Positions 9,144 through 18,524 are shown, numbered from the stretch's first letter. The stretch: DNA of 64,000 nucleotides from an uncultured Acidimicrobiaceae bacterium (GCA_964653975.1 CAZZIG010000070.1:3198-67197), one strand, 5' to 3'. The notes: a model not told the origin generated them from the letters alone. Numbers and translations are program-made.

Positions 9144-10063
9144 GGTTGGTCCTCCTGATCGAGGTGACGTCCGGTTTGGGCGAGAAACACGTCTTCGAGA
9201 GTCGGGTGATGGGTGCGGTAGTCGAAGGGGACGATCCCTCTCTCCGCCAGGACCGCTGCGACGCGGACCGCGATCTGGCCCGCTCCGCTGATCTCCACCG
9301 ATCGCCGACCCAGCGCCACGGACTCAACTCCTTCGAGGGTCTCGAGAAAGCCGAGGTCGTGTCCATTGGACGAGAAGCTGACCCGGGTCGTGGCGCCCTC
9401 CGATCGGGCGGTGAGGGTGGCAGGCGAGTCGAGTGCGACCACCCTCCCCTGATCGACGATCGCCACCCGGTCGCACAGCCCCTCGGCTTCCTCCATGAAG
9501 TGAGTGACCAGGACGATGGTCGCCCCGCTGTCCCGCACCCGGCGCACCAATCGCCAGGTGGAGCGACGGGCGACCGGGTCGAGTGCAGCGGTGAGCTCGT
9601 CGAGGAAGACCACCTCGGGGTCCCCGAGCAACGCGAGGGCGAGGAAGAGCCGCTGCCGTTGACCACCCGACAGGGTGCCGAAGGCTCGTCGACGCAGCGG
9701 AGTCAGATCCCATTCGTCGAGCACGTCGGCAACGACGACGCGACGTCCCTGGGCCCGCGCGAAGAAGCTGACCGCCTCCCCGACCCGCATCCGGTCGGGG
9801 AGGGCCGCCGACTGCAACTGCGATCCGATGTGGCGGCGAAGACGATCGGGATGCCGGGCGGGGTCGAATCCGAGAACGGTCACGGCGCCACCGTCCCGAG
9901 AGCGGAGACCCTGCAGACACTCGACCGTGGTGGTCTTGCCGGCTCCATTGGGCCCGAGGATCCCGAAGATCTCGCCACGGGCCACTTCGAAGCTCACGTC
10001 CTCGACGGCCACCACGTCGCCGTAGCTGCGCCGAATACCGTCTACCGAGATGACAGGTTCCAT
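9140..10063 (-). CDS. ABC transporter ATP-binding protein
   Basis: MEPVISVDGIRRSYGDVVAVEDVSFEVARGEIFGILGPNGAGKTT…LSGGQRQRLFLALALLGDPEVVFLDELT; start taken at the internal Met (MEPVIS…). Confidence 0.9.
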   Translation of the reverse strand: MEPVISVDGIRRSYGDVVAVEDVSFEVARGEIFGILGPNGAGKTTTVECLQGLRSRDGGAVTVLGFDPARHPDRLRRHIGSQLQSAALPDRMRVGEAVSFFARAQGRRVVVADVLDEWDLTPLRRRAFGTLSGGQRQRLFLALALLGDPEVVFLDELTAALDPVARRSTWRLVRRVRDSGATIVLVTHFMEEAEGLCDRVAIVDQGRVVALDSPATLTARSEGATTRVSFSSNGHDLGFLETLEGVESVALGRRSVEISGAGQIAVRVAAVLAERGIVPFDYRTHHPTLEDVFLAQTGRHLDQEDQP

Positions 10064-10153
10064 GACCCAGAAGCTATGGAAACGGGTCACCGATGTCGTC
10101 TGCGGGATGGAGCATTCCACCGATACTCCGTTTGGAGTATCGGGCGAGAGGAC

Positions 10154-10831
10154 CTACTCCAGACGGACCAGACCGGCGCCGTAGGCGATTGCCGCCGCCT
10201 GGCCGCGGCTGGGCACACCCAGCTTGGTGAGCACGCGGGACACGTGGGTCTTGGCGGTCAGCTCCGAGATCGTGAGTCGCGCGGCGATCTCCCGATTGGA
10301 GCACCCAAGACCCACCAATTCGAGCACTTCACGTTCCCGGGCGGTCAAAGCTTCGATGACGTCGACGGCAGGGGACGAAACCGGGCGACGCGCCTGGACC
10401 AGATGATCGACGAGACGTCGGGTGGTTTGGGGCGAGATGACGGCACCCCCGGACGCCGCCGCCCGGACCGCCTCGATGAGCTGGGCAGGGGGCGTGTCCT
10501 TGACGAGGAAGCCGGCCGCACCCGCCTCCAGGGCGTCGAAGACGTTGTCGTCGGTGTCGAATGTGGTGAGGATCAGAACCTCGGGTGGGTGGTCGAGGTC
10601 GCGGATGCGCCGGGTGGCTTCGATGCCGTTGCTCCCCGGCATCCGGATGTCCATGAGCACGACGTCGGGTCGACTCGCCACCACCTCGGCCACGGCGGCA
10701 TTGCCACTGTCGGCCTCGGCTACGACCTCGATGTCGTCTTCGGCGTCGAGGAGTGCCTTGAAGCCGGCCCGGACCAGCTCCTGGTCGTCGACCACCACGA
10801 CCCGGATGTTCCCGTCGGCATCGCTCATCAC
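10154..10831 (-). CDS. NarL/LuxR-family response regulator (REC + HTH)
   Basis: [20 protein letters not shown]…[17 protein letters not shown]…[45 protein letters not shown]. Confidence 0.9.
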   Translation of the reverse strand: MMSDADGNIRVVVVDDQELVRAGFKALLDAEDDIEVVAEADSGNAAVAEVVASRPDVVLMDIRMPGSNGIEATRRIRDLDHPPEVLILTTFDTDDNVFDALEAGAAGFLVKDTPPAQLIEAVRAAASGGAVISPQTTRRLVDHLVQARRPVSSPAVDVIEALTAREREVLELVGLGCSNREIAARLTISELTAKTHVSRVLTKLGVPSRGQAAAIAYGAGLVRLE

Positions 10832-12012
10832 TCACTCCCTTCGAGCGGGAACCGGGCGGTGACCCGGAACTCCCCGGCTTCCGTTGCGGTCTCCAACTCC
10901 CCACCGTACAGAGCGGCCCTCTCCGCCATCCCACGCAAGCCCAGGCCACGTTCTCCGACCCTTTGCCTGACGCCAGCCTTCAACCCGTTGACCACCTCGA
11001 CCGCGATCGATTCGGGATCGTAGGTGACGGTCACCGAAGCTCTGCTTCCAGGGACGTGCTTGACCACGTTGGTGAGAGCCTCTTGGACTATGCGGTACAC
11101 GGCCAGCTCGAGACCCGGTGACAGCTCGCGTCTGGCTCCCCGTGTGGTCAGCGCAACCTCGAGATCGGCCTGACGCACCTGCTCGAACAGGGCGGGCAGA
11201 TCGTCGAGGGTCGGTTGGGGGTGCTGGGGGAGCCCTTCGGAATCGCTGTCCCGGAGGACGGTCAACATCCTCCTCATCTCCTCGAGCGCCTCCCGGCCGG
11301 TGCGCTCGATGACGGCGAGGGCCTCGACTGCGGGGTCGGACCGTCGCTCGCCCAGATGCGCCCCTACGCCGGCCTGGACGGTGATGACGCTCATCGCATG
11401 GGCGACCACGTCGTGGAGCTCCCGTGCGATCCGGGCTCGCTCGTCGGCGACGGCGCGGTCGGCGAGCTCCTGGCGGGCCTCCTCCAGGTCACGGGTGCGG
11501 GTCTCCAATGCCAGGGTTTGGGCGCGGCGGTCGGCGATGAGGACCCCGAGAACCCATACGAAGACGAAGAACACGGCGATGAAAGTCAGCTCGAGGAAGT
11601 CGGCGTCCCAGTTCAGGGTCCCCCCCACCACCATCCACAACGGTGTGATCAGACCCAGGGAGCGCAGCCACAGGGGACGATCCCAGGTCCCGACGGCGAA
11701 CATGGCGGCGATGGTGGGGAGCGATTGCAACTCGTGCGTGGGGTGGCCCAGTGCCACCCAGGCCGGGTAGGCCACCGAGAAGGTAGCCAGCACGACGAGC
11801 GGGTTGCGACGTAGTGCCAGCAACGGCAGCGTGTTGACGGCGATCAGAGCCAGCTCACCCGCCAACCCTTCCCGGTCGATCCCACTTTCGGACCAGCCGG
11901 ACCCGGCGAACACCAGCACCATGAAGAAGGTGAGGGGGACCACCCACCATTCCTCCCGCCAGTGCCCTGGGGTGGAGAGCCGTCCCTCCCCCGAGGGGCC
12001 ATGCTGTGCCAT
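10828..12012 (-). CDS. sensor histidine kinase (HisKA_3/DesK-type) paired with the downstream response regulator
   Basis: N-terminal TM helices, H-box [18 protein letters not shown], HATPase [19 protein letters not shown]…[19 protein letters not shown]. The start is ambiguous; Met at 12012 chosen. Confidence 0.8.
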   Translation of the reverse strand: MAQHGPSGEGRLSTPGHWREEWWVVPLTFFMVLVFAGSGWSESGIDREGLAGELALIAVNTLPLLALRRNPLVVLATFSVAYPAWVALGHPTHELQSLPTIAAMFAVGTWDRPLWLRSLGLITPLWMVVGGTLNWDADFLELTFIAVFFVFVWVLGVLIADRRAQTLALETRTRDLEEARQELADRAVADERARIARELHDVVAHAMSVITVQAGVGAHLGERRSDPAVEALAVIERTGREALEEMRRMLTVLRDSDSEGLPQHPQPTLDDLPALFEQVRQADLEVALTTRGARRELSPGLELAVYRIVQEALTNVVKHVPGSRASVTVTYDPESIAVEVVNGLKAGVRQRVGERGLGLRGMAERAALYGGELETATEAGEFRVTARFPLEGSE

Positions 12013-12979
12013 GGGCGAGACCCTATCTGTCGATCGTCCGCGACTGCTATACCTGCGCGACATGCTGTTGACCGAGACCACCGTCGACTGGCTGCTCGAC
12101 TCCGACCCCTCCATCAGGTGGCAGGTCATGCGCGACCTGACCGAGGAGGCCCCGGAGAAATTCGCCCAAGAGCGCTCCCGGGTCGCCATTGAGGGCTGGG
12201 GGGCGACGCTGCTCGGGCTGCAAGCCGACGACGGGAATTGGGGTGGCGGCGCCTACACACCGAAGTGGACCTCGACGACCTACACACTGCTCTTGCTCCG
12301 GCACCTCGGGATCGATGCCGACGACGAGAGAGTGCGGCACGCCATCGAATTGGTTCGAGATCGTGTCGTCATGGGGGGACAGGAATCGCCATTCTTCGAG
12401 TACCGCACGGAGGCATGCATCACCGCGATGGCATTGGCGTTGGGCTCGTATTTCCTGGAGGACGCACGGGACATGCCACAACCCGAGTATCTGCTCGACA
12501 GACAGCGCGAGGACGGTGGCTGGAACTGCTCGGTCCGTTCCGACCGGTCCTCGTTTCACACGACGATCTCCGCCCTGGAAGCTCTCCTGGAGTACGAGCG
12601 CGCCGTGGGGAATGATGGAGCCATCAGCGAGGCGCGCTCCCGGGCCCACGAATATCTCCTAGGACGGCGCCTGATGTATCGGCTCTCCACCGGCGAGTTG
12701 GTCGACAAGCGGTGGCTGCTGTTGTCGTTTCCCCCTCGCTGGCACTACGACGTGTTGCGCGGGCTCGACTATCTGCGGGACGCCGGGGTCGAGCCGGATG
12801 AGCGTTGTGAGGAGGCGCTCGAGTTGATCACCTCGAAGCGTCGGAAGGACGGGACCTGGCCTCTGCAAGGCCGCCACGTCGGCAAGGAGCACTTCCAGAT
12901 GGAGGAGGGTTCGGGGAAGCCAAGTCGCTGGAACACATTGCGTGCCCTTCGTGTGCTCCGCTGGCACACGTCTGGCTGA
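12011..12979 (+). CDS. prenyltransferase / squalene-oxidase-repeat protein (class II terpene-cyclase-like alpha/alpha toroid)
   Basis: Repeated QxxDGxW motifs: LQADDGNWGGGAY, DRQREDGGWNCS, KRRKDGTWPL. About 320 aa; the ATG at 12011 overlaps the divergent kinase start. Confidence 0.6.
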   Translation: MGETLSVDRPRLLYLRDMLLTETTVDWLLDSDPSIRWQVMRDLTEEAPEKFAQERSRVAIEGWGATLLGLQADDGNWGGGAYTPKWTSTTYTLLLLRHLGIDADDERVRHAIELVRDRVVMGGQESPFFEYRTEACITAMALALGSYFLEDARDMPQPEYLLDRQREDGGWNCSVRSDRSSFHTTISALEALLEYERAVGNDGAISEARSRAHEYLLGRRLMYRLSTGELVDKRWLLLSFPPRWHYDVLRGLDYLRDAGVEPDERCEEALELITSKRRKDGTWPLQGRHVGKEHFQMEEGSGKPSRWNTLRALRVLRWHTSG

Positions 12980-12982
12980 GGG

Positions 12983-13483
12983 TCAGGACAGGGCCAGGCG
13001 CATCCTGACGTCGGTGAGTGAAGGGTTCGACGCCAGTGGCTGCGACTCCCCTGTCCGGATGAAGCCCGCCCTCTCGTAGAGAGTCCGTGCGGGGAGATTC
13101 GACTCGACCACCCACAGCTTCACCTCGTCGGCCCCGGTTTCGATGCTCCACTCCCTGACCGCATCCACGAATCGCTGTCCCAGCCCCGACGACCGCGCCT
13201 CGGGTGCCACCCACATGCCGTAGAGGTGACGCGTGTTCGGCTCGTCGGCACGAGTGAAGGCGCCCACCATGCCGACGAGACCTTCATCGTCTTCTGCGAC
13301 GAGGATGATCTCATCCTCACCGGTCGAACCGGCTGCGGCGATCTCCTCCCACACGTGGTCGTCACGGGTCGAGGCCTGGTCGTGGGAGGCAGCGAAGGCG
13401 TCGGGGTCGGTTCGCAACGCCCGCAACCTGACCTCCCGGAGGCGCGATCCTTCGCCCTGGCGGATCCGTCTGATGGTCACCAT
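12983..13483 (-). CDS. GNAT family N-acetyltransferase
   Basis: …LYGMWVAPEARSSGLGQRFVDAVREWSIETGADEVKLWVVESNLPARTLYERAGF is the acetyl-CoA-binding motif. Confidence 0.8.
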   Translation of the reverse strand: MVTIRRIRQGEGSRLREVRLRALRTDPDAFAASHDQASTRDDHVWEEIAAAGSTGEDEIILVAEDDEGLVGMVGAFTRADEPNTRHLYGMWVAPEARSSGLGQRFVDAVREWSIETGADEVKLWVVESNLPARTLYERAGFIRTGESQPLASNPSLTDVRMRLALS

Positions 13484-13485
13484 GC

Positions 13486-14655
13486 TCAGATGATCCTCGC
13501 AGCATGCTCACGCAAAGGCCGGTCCTCCAGGATCCGTCCGGGCCCGAGCCGGCTCAGATCGAGGCTGGGCGGGGACCCCGCGATCGTCTCGGCGAGATGA
13601 CGCCCCACGGCGTGACATTGCTGGAAACCGTGCCCGCTGAACCCGGTGGCCAGGTGCAGCCCGTCGATACCGGGCCATTCCCCCACGATGGCGTTGGCGT
13701 CGAGGCGATTCTGGGCGTATAGACCGGCCCAGGAGCGGATCACCTCGAGACGATCGAAGGCGGGGAGTGTCCCGGCTAGCTCGGGCCAGATGAGGTCGTA
13801 GAAGCGAGAGCGAGGAGCGGGCGTGAAGTCGTACCCGACCGGATCGTCTTCGGTTGACCACGCGATGAAGAAGGTGCCATCGGACTCGGGGATCACGTAG
13901 ACCCCGGAGGGGAGGAACACGCTGGGCAGTCTGTCGCCTCCTGCCACTTCGCCGGCGACCACGTAGACGGTCCGCATCACCGGCTCGACCGGGATCTCGA
14001 CACCGGCGGTGGCGAGGAGGTCTCTCGACCATGCACCGGCGCAAACCACCACCGTGTTTGCCGAGATCGTCGAGCCGTCGATCACCGTCACGCCGGTGAC
14101 CCGATCCGCATCGACGACGATCGATCCCACCTCGCCGGTCTGGACGGCGACACCGTTCCGGATCGCCTGACGGCGGTATCCCTCGACAACGGCATGGGGG
14201 TCGACCGACCCGTCATGGGGTCCCAACGTGCCTCCCACCAGGTCGTGGGAAGCCAGGGCGGGGAAACGTCGGCCGATCTCGTCGATGTCGAGCCACTCCG
14301 AGTCGCATCCGAGCCGCTGCTGCGTGGCCAAACCGGCGAGCGCTTCTTCCTTGCCGTCAGCGTCGACGAGGAAGAGGTTGCCCTGCTTGCGCATCTGCGG
14401 ATCGGGGGTGAATTCGCCCACGGCCATCACCTCCGGAAACGTCTCCAAGACCTCCATGGCGTACTTGGAGATGGCGACGTTCTCTTCGAGGTTGAACTGG
14501 ATACGGACGTTGCCGTCGGAGAGCATCGTCGAGGAATAGCGCAGCGTCGGGTCGCGCTCGACGACGGTCACCGCGGTGCCGGGGACGAGCCGTCGCAGGT
14601 GGTAGGCGGTTGCCCACCCCATGGCGGCACCACCAACGATGAGGACGTCGGTCAT
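13486..14655 (-). CDS. FAD-dependent oxidoreductase (DAO family: glycine / sarcosine / D-amino-acid oxidase-like)
   Basis: MTDVLIVGGAAMGWATAYHL (dinucleotide fold) … VCAGAWS…; start taken at the internal Met. The longer track ORF is a GC-driven extension. Confidence 0.8.
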   Translation of the reverse strand: MTDVLIVGGAAMGWATAYHLRRLVPGTAVTVVERDPTLRYSSTMLSDGNVRIQFNLEENVAISKYAMEVLETFPEVMAVGEFTPDPQMRKQGNLFLVDADGKEEALAGLATQQRLGCDSEWLDIDEIGRRFPALASHDLVGGTLGPHDGSVDPHAVVEGYRRQAIRNGVAVQTGEVGSIVVDADRVTGVTVIDGSTISANTVVVCAGAWSRDLLATAGVEIPVEPVMRTVYVVAGEVAGGDRLPSVFLPSGVYVIPESDGTFFIAWSTEDDPVGYDFTPAPRSRFYDLIWPELAGTLPAFDRLEVIRSWAGLYAQNRLDANAIVGEWPGIDGLHLATGFSGHGFQQCHAVGRHLAETIAGSPPSLDLSRLGPGRILEDRPLREHAARII

Positions 14656-14713
14656 CGACTCGGAGGGTAACGGTGCCACCATGGCCGAGGAGGAGGCCTG
14701 CGACGACGGAAGG

Positions 14714-15070
14714 TCAGTCCGCTTCCTCGGTGCCCAGCAACGGCGGGTCGAATACACAAACCAGTCGCATCGGCGTGCGGGCGGTGATCCGGTGGGGCTC
14801 GCCGATACCGGCGGAGTAGAGACTGCCGGGAGCGAGTTGTTCCACCCGACCATCGCTCAGGTCTTCGATGACCCCCTCACCTTCGACGCAGTAGACGGTC
14901 TCCCGGTGGTCCCGGTACTCGAACTCCAGCTCCGCACTCTCATCGAGGGTGGTGACGTGGAACGAGTACTTCAGCCCGTCTTCGGCGACGACCAGACGTC
15001 GACTCCTCCAACCCGGTCCATGGACATCCCGCTCCGTCTCGGAGACCTGGTCGAGATGACGTATCAGCAT
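14714..15070 (-). CDS. EctC-like cupin (ectoine-synthase family) with no ectA/ectB
   Basis: Full-length collinear match to EctC: MLIRHLDQV…SFHVTTL…ETVYCVEGEGVIEDLSDGRV…PGSLY…MRLVCVFDPPLLGTE (compare MIVRNLEEA…SFHITRI…EAVYCIEGEGEVETLADGKI…PGDIY…MHLACVFTPGLTGNE). Confidence 0.8.
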   Translation of the reverse strand: MLIRHLDQVSETERDVHGPGWRSRRLVVAEDGLKYSFHVTTLDESAELEFEYRDHRETVYCVEGEGVIEDLSDGRVEQLAPGSLYSAGIGEPHRITARTPMRLVCVFDPPLLGTEEAD

Positions 15071-15122
15071 TGGCGGGACTGTATTGGACGGTCCCCGCCC
15101 GGGTCGGACGAATCGGTCGTGC

Positions 15123-16118
15123 TCAGGGCGTGAGGACCACCGGATACTCCCTGATGTCGATGCGGGACCCGTCTTTGGGCGAGTCGGCCCAGACGATGAG
15201 CGCGCCGGTCTGGCGACGGTCGACGTCGTAGTCGATGGTGAAGTCGAAGCCTCCCCATCCGGTCCCGATGTTGGTCATGGCGATGCCCTCCTCGAGGATC
15301 AGCCCGTCGGCGTCGGTGAGGACGTATTGGAAGGTGGCTTCGAAGACCGCTCCGAACCCGGTGACCCGGAGCGGATCGCCTGCCGGACCGCCGTACACAG
15401 GCGATTCGACGGAGATCGCCGCGGCCAACTCCAGATAGTCCCAAATCCCGACGGGACGGCTCACCAGGCTCCCGTCGCCGATCTGGATCGACACCGGCTT
15501 GCCCTCCTGGTGGAAGAGCACCTCGGCGACGCTGTCGAAGCGGGAGAGGGTGAACACCACCTGTGCCGCTCTCTGCGCCACGGTGGCGGAGTCGTCGGTG
15601 GCGTCGAATTCGGCGGACAGGTCGACCGTTGCCACGTCACCGGTGATGGTCAGACCGAGCAGCCGCACTCCGGATGGGATCGCCGTCGAGATCGCCGGCA
15701 CACCCTGTCGTTCTCCGGCGCCAGGGCCGGCGAGGAGTTGCTCCATGGCGGCCCGGGCCGCGGCGACGGTCCGGTCGACCTCCCGGGCCACGGGAGACAG
15801 GAAGGGGCCGGTGCGTTCGGCGCGCCCAGCCTCGTCGACGTAGAAGTAAGGGGCCACGACCATCTTCGCCGCGGGGCGGGTCGAGGTCGTCGGGCTCGCC
15901 GAGCTGGTGGTCGTGACCGGGGCGACGCTGGTGGTGGTCGTCTCGAGGGCAGCAGTCGTGGTCGTCGCGATCGACGTTGTCGTGCTGGCCGGGGTGGTGG
16001 TGGATGTGGCTGCCGACATCGTCGTCGATGTGCTCGGCTGCGTTCCTCCAGGGTTGGCCGTGTTGGTGCCACAGGCCACCAGGGCCAGTGTCGCCAGGAC
16101 GGTGACGATGCGACGCAT
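15123..16118 (-). CDS. lipoprotein with a Thr/Ser-rich linker and a GerMN/Gmad2-like domain
   Basis: MRRIVTVLATLALVACG is a signal peptide with lipobox; a long TSTT-rich low-complexity segment follows; C-terminal …DLSAEFDATDDSATVAQRAAQVVFTLSRFDSVAEVLF… is GerMN-like. Confidence 0.6.
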   Translation of the reverse strand: MRRIVTVLATLALVACGTNTANPGGTQPSTSTTMSAATSTTTPASTTTSIATTTTAALETTTTSVAPVTTTSSASPTTSTRPAAKMVVAPYFYVDEAGRAERTGPFLSPVAREVDRTVAAARAAMEQLLAGPGAGERQGVPAISTAIPSGVRLLGLTITGDVATVDLSAEFDATDDSATVAQRAAQVVFTLSRFDSVAEVLFHQEGKPVSIQIGDGSLVSRPVGIWDYLELAAAISVESPVYGGPAGDPLRVTGFGAVFEATFQYVLTDADGLILEEGIAMTNIGTGWGGFDFTIDYDVDRRQTGALIVWADSPKDGSRIDIREYPVVLTP

Positions 16119-16255
16119 CGCGGGTTCCTTTCTCGTGAGATGACTCCGCCACCTCTGAGACGTAGGAGACACCCCGAATGGGTGACACCCCTGTGAGAAA
16201 TCCAGATCTCCGGCAGCGAACGTCCGGCTAAGCCCGGCGGGGCTAGAGCCCTGCC

Positions 16256-17026
16256 TCAGCCGGCGAGCGACCCCCCAAAGATCTGCCAGGCCAGGACACT
16301 CTTCGCCACCAGACTGAGGACGAGATAGGACTTCTCCCCAAAGAGGTAGTCCGCCCACCGGCCAACGCCCTGATATTGCAACCATTGGTTGAGCCCGAAG
16401 CTGAAGAAGAAGACGAACTGGGCCACGACGATTCCGTAGACGAAACCCGGCACGGTCTCGGCGCCGATCACATTGACCGCAATCGCCACCCAGGGAGCAA
16501 GACCGGCCACTGTCCCGAACCAGAACGGGAGCATGGTGGTCCTGTCACGCCCCGGCGGGTTCATGAGCTCTTGGAGCCACCCGAAGAGGATCATGGCGAT
16601 GTTGGCCCCGGCGATGGCGATCAACGCATCGACCCCCGAGATGCCGGAGTAGAGGCTGATCAGGATCACCATCAGCGTGGCGCTGAATGAGTATTCGACC
16701 CAACGGAACCGGTTGATCCCCCGTCTGAGGTCGCGCTCATACAGATCGCGGGCGACAGTCCCGGTGAGTAGGTGATCGAGGGCGGCCAACGCCAGGAAGA
16801 TCGCCGTGGTCCAACCGATCGGCACGTCGAACAACGGCGCCGGCGCCGGTTGAGGCGCGCCCGGGGGGCCTTCGGGGAAGGTGGACGTGATCGAAATGGC
16901 GAAGTCGCCTGCGAGGACGACGATCGCCACGGCCTGAGCGAGGTGAAGGATGGTGAGACCGAGGTTCCATCTGCGCAGGCCTCGAAGACGTTCCTGGGTG
17001 TTCTGGGTCGATTCAGCAGTCGTCAT
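16256..17026 (-). CDS. heliorhodopsin-like 7TM retinal-binding protein
   Basis: Seven TM helices with heliorhodopsin-family motifs: LRRWNLGLTILHLAQA (TM1), RFRWVEYSFSATLMVILISLYSG, MILFGWLQELMN, FWFGTVAGLAPW, and TM7 YLVLSLVAKSVLAWQIFGG with the Lys expected for the Schiff base. Start taken at the Met at 17026, which has a GGGAG SD 6 nt upstream. Confidence 0.72.
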   Translation of the reverse strand: MTTAESTQNTQERLRGLRRWNLGLTILHLAQAVAIVVLAGDFAISITSTFPEGPPGAPQPAPAPLFDVPIGWTTAIFLALAALDHLLTGTVARDLYERDLRRGINRFRWVEYSFSATLMVILISLYSGISGVDALIAIAGANIAMILFGWLQELMNPPGRDRTTMLPFWFGTVAGLAPWVAIAVNVIGAETVPGFVYGIVVAQFVFFFSFGLNQWLQYQGVGRWADYLFGEKSYLVLSLVAKSVLAWQIFGGSLAG

Positions 17027-17352
17027 GACGGCTCCCATGTTGTCTATCGCTGTACCCGAGGCGAAACAGCCGTCGAGCCGGCGACGTCGTCTCTTCCGAG
17101 ATCAGACCTCTCGCTCGTCGTTGCGATCGTGCCGCAACTACCGAGGGGTCGACCAGGGTCCTATGTCCCTGGCTAGCCGGGGACTGTCGACGATACGCGC
17201 AGGAGACCGAGCTCGATCGGTTCGGATCGCTCAATGGGACGGCACCCGTCCATCGAAGCCCACCAGTCGCTCGATGACACCGTCATCGTCGAGACCGGGG
17301 GTCTCCGTGCTGCTCTAGCGGCGAGGCGAACCCTCGCTGGCTCTCACCTTGG

Positions 17353-18027
17353 TCAGGTTGGCGAGAATGTCAGTGTGCGAGCCACGACTTCTGAGGCCGT
17401 GTCCATGAGGAGACGGTCGTGAGCCCAGGCGTGGGCTCGGAGCACATCGGCGGCGGAGCCGGCATCGATTCCCAGCTGCGATATGACCATGCCGGTGGCT
17501 TGATGGAACGTGTCGTGTTCGGCTGGCTGGTCCAGGGAGGCGGGCTGTTGACTGAGAGAACCGACCACGAGTGAGGCGAGCTCCGCTGCGATGTGCTCGG
17601 CATCGGCGAGAGTTTCGGGGGTGATCCTGCCGTGTCGGTCCTGGAGGTTGAGTGTGGCGAAGGTGGTTCCTCCCGCTCGCAGGGGAACACCTGCGATGGC
17701 TTGATAGCCGATGGCTTGGGCCTTGGCCGAGAGCAGGGGCCACGGGTTGGTGTTGGAGGGAGCGGTTTCTGCGCTCTTCGATGTGCTGTCCACTCCGGCG
17801 TCGAAGCATGGCCCCTCTTGGAGGGTGAACTCCCATTCGTCCAGAGCGCGAGCGTCGTCCGAGGAGGCACACACGTTGGGCTGATCGGAGGCTCCGACAA
17901 AGGAGATGCTGATGTCGCTGACGTCCAGGAGTCGGGCACAGTCAGTGGCCAGCGAACCCGGTAGTCCGGGTTCGTCCCATGTTGCGAATGACTCTCGCAG
18001 AGCATCGAGTTCGGAGGGGCTGATCAT
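17353..18027 (-). CDS. GAF + ANTAR domain RNA-binding antitermination regulator
   Basis: C-terminal ANTAR: HQATGMVISQLGIDAGSAADVLRAHAWAHDRLLMDTASEVVAR; N-terminal GAF-like. Start (ATGA) overlaps the STAS stop. Confidence 0.7.
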   Translation of the reverse strand: MISPSELDALRESFATWDEPGLPGSLATDCARLLDVSDISISFVGASDQPNVCASSDDARALDEWEFTLQEGPCFDAGVDSTSKSAETAPSNTNPWPLLSAKAQAIGYQAIAGVPLRAGGTTFATLNLQDRHGRITPETLADAEHIAAELASLVVGSLSQQPASLDQPAEHDTFHQATGMVISQLGIDAGSAADVLRAHAWAHDRLLMDTASEVVARTLTFSPT

Positions 18028-18404
18028 CGGTTCACTCGCTCCTCGATCATCGAGTCCAAACCGACCACTTCGAGCAGGCGGCACACCGACGATGAGGGTT
18101 CTCGTATGGTGATCGTCTCGGGGCCGAGCCCAACAACAGCATCGAGTAGAGCGTGCAAGCCGCTGGCATCCATGAACTTCAGCTCGGGGAGCAGGTAGAT
18201 GACCCTGCGGGGATGACCATTGTTCCCGCTCGAGTCGGCGTAGGGCTCCAGGTGCTGTTTCAGCATCGGGCCGGTGTAGAGGTCCAGTTCGCCTCGCACC
18301 TCGATCGCCCAAGCGGAGGGATCTTCGATTCGCACTGAAACGTCTAGAGGAGGAGGGTCGTAATCGAATGTGCCTGCTGTCGGTTCGGAAGTTCTGACGG
18401 TCAT
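18024..18404 (-). CDS. STAS-domain protein (anti-sigma-factor antagonist family)
   Basis: …VIYLLPELKFMDASGLHALLDAVVGLGPETITIREPSSSVCRLLEVVGLDSM is the SpoIIAA-like fold signature. Confidence 0.72.
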   Translation of the reverse strand: MTVRTSEPTAGTFDYDPPPLDVSVRIEDPSAWAIEVRGELDLYTGPMLKQHLEPYADSSGNNGHPRRVIYLLPELKFMDASGLHALLDAVVGLGPETITIREPSSSVCRLLEVVGLDSMIEERVNR

Positions 18405-18524
18405 GTCCTGGCCTCTCCTCAGATCTTTGAGGGTCCGCCAGGATCTAGAGCAGACTCGTTCGGGCTGTGCTTGTCCGCCACTCTACAGGAGCATCCGCCC
18501 TACGGGAAGAACGCGAAACCAGCC

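Noticed and set aside
8338-9666. 442-aa minus-strand ORF
   Set aside because: Overlaps two well-supported ABC transporter genes in another frame; Arg/Pro/Ser-rich artefact.
9101-11023. 640-aa plus-strand ORF
   Set aside because: Antisense to the ABC ATPase, response regulator and histidine kinase; composition is GC-frame noise.
11804-12010. 5' extension of the terpene-cyclase-like ORF back to 11804 (391-aa version)
   Set aside because: The extension is antisense to the histidine kinase coding region and is Arg/Ser/Pro-rich; the internal Met at 12011 with a conserved downstream sequence is preferred.
15084-16196. 370-aa plus-strand ORF and 15637..16188 / 15650..16072 minus-strand ORFs
   Set aside because: Overlap the GerMN lipoprotein gene; Arg/Gly/Pro-rich frames generated by the Thr/Ser codon repeats.
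17027-17352. Attempted identification of ANTAR dual-hairpin target or rho-independent terminator in the heliorhodopsin leader
   Set aside because: Several short GC hairpins exist (e.g. gagacc-ccc-ggtctc) but none with the paired hexaloop architecture or a U-tract could be established by eye, so this is left as a check to run rather than a claim.
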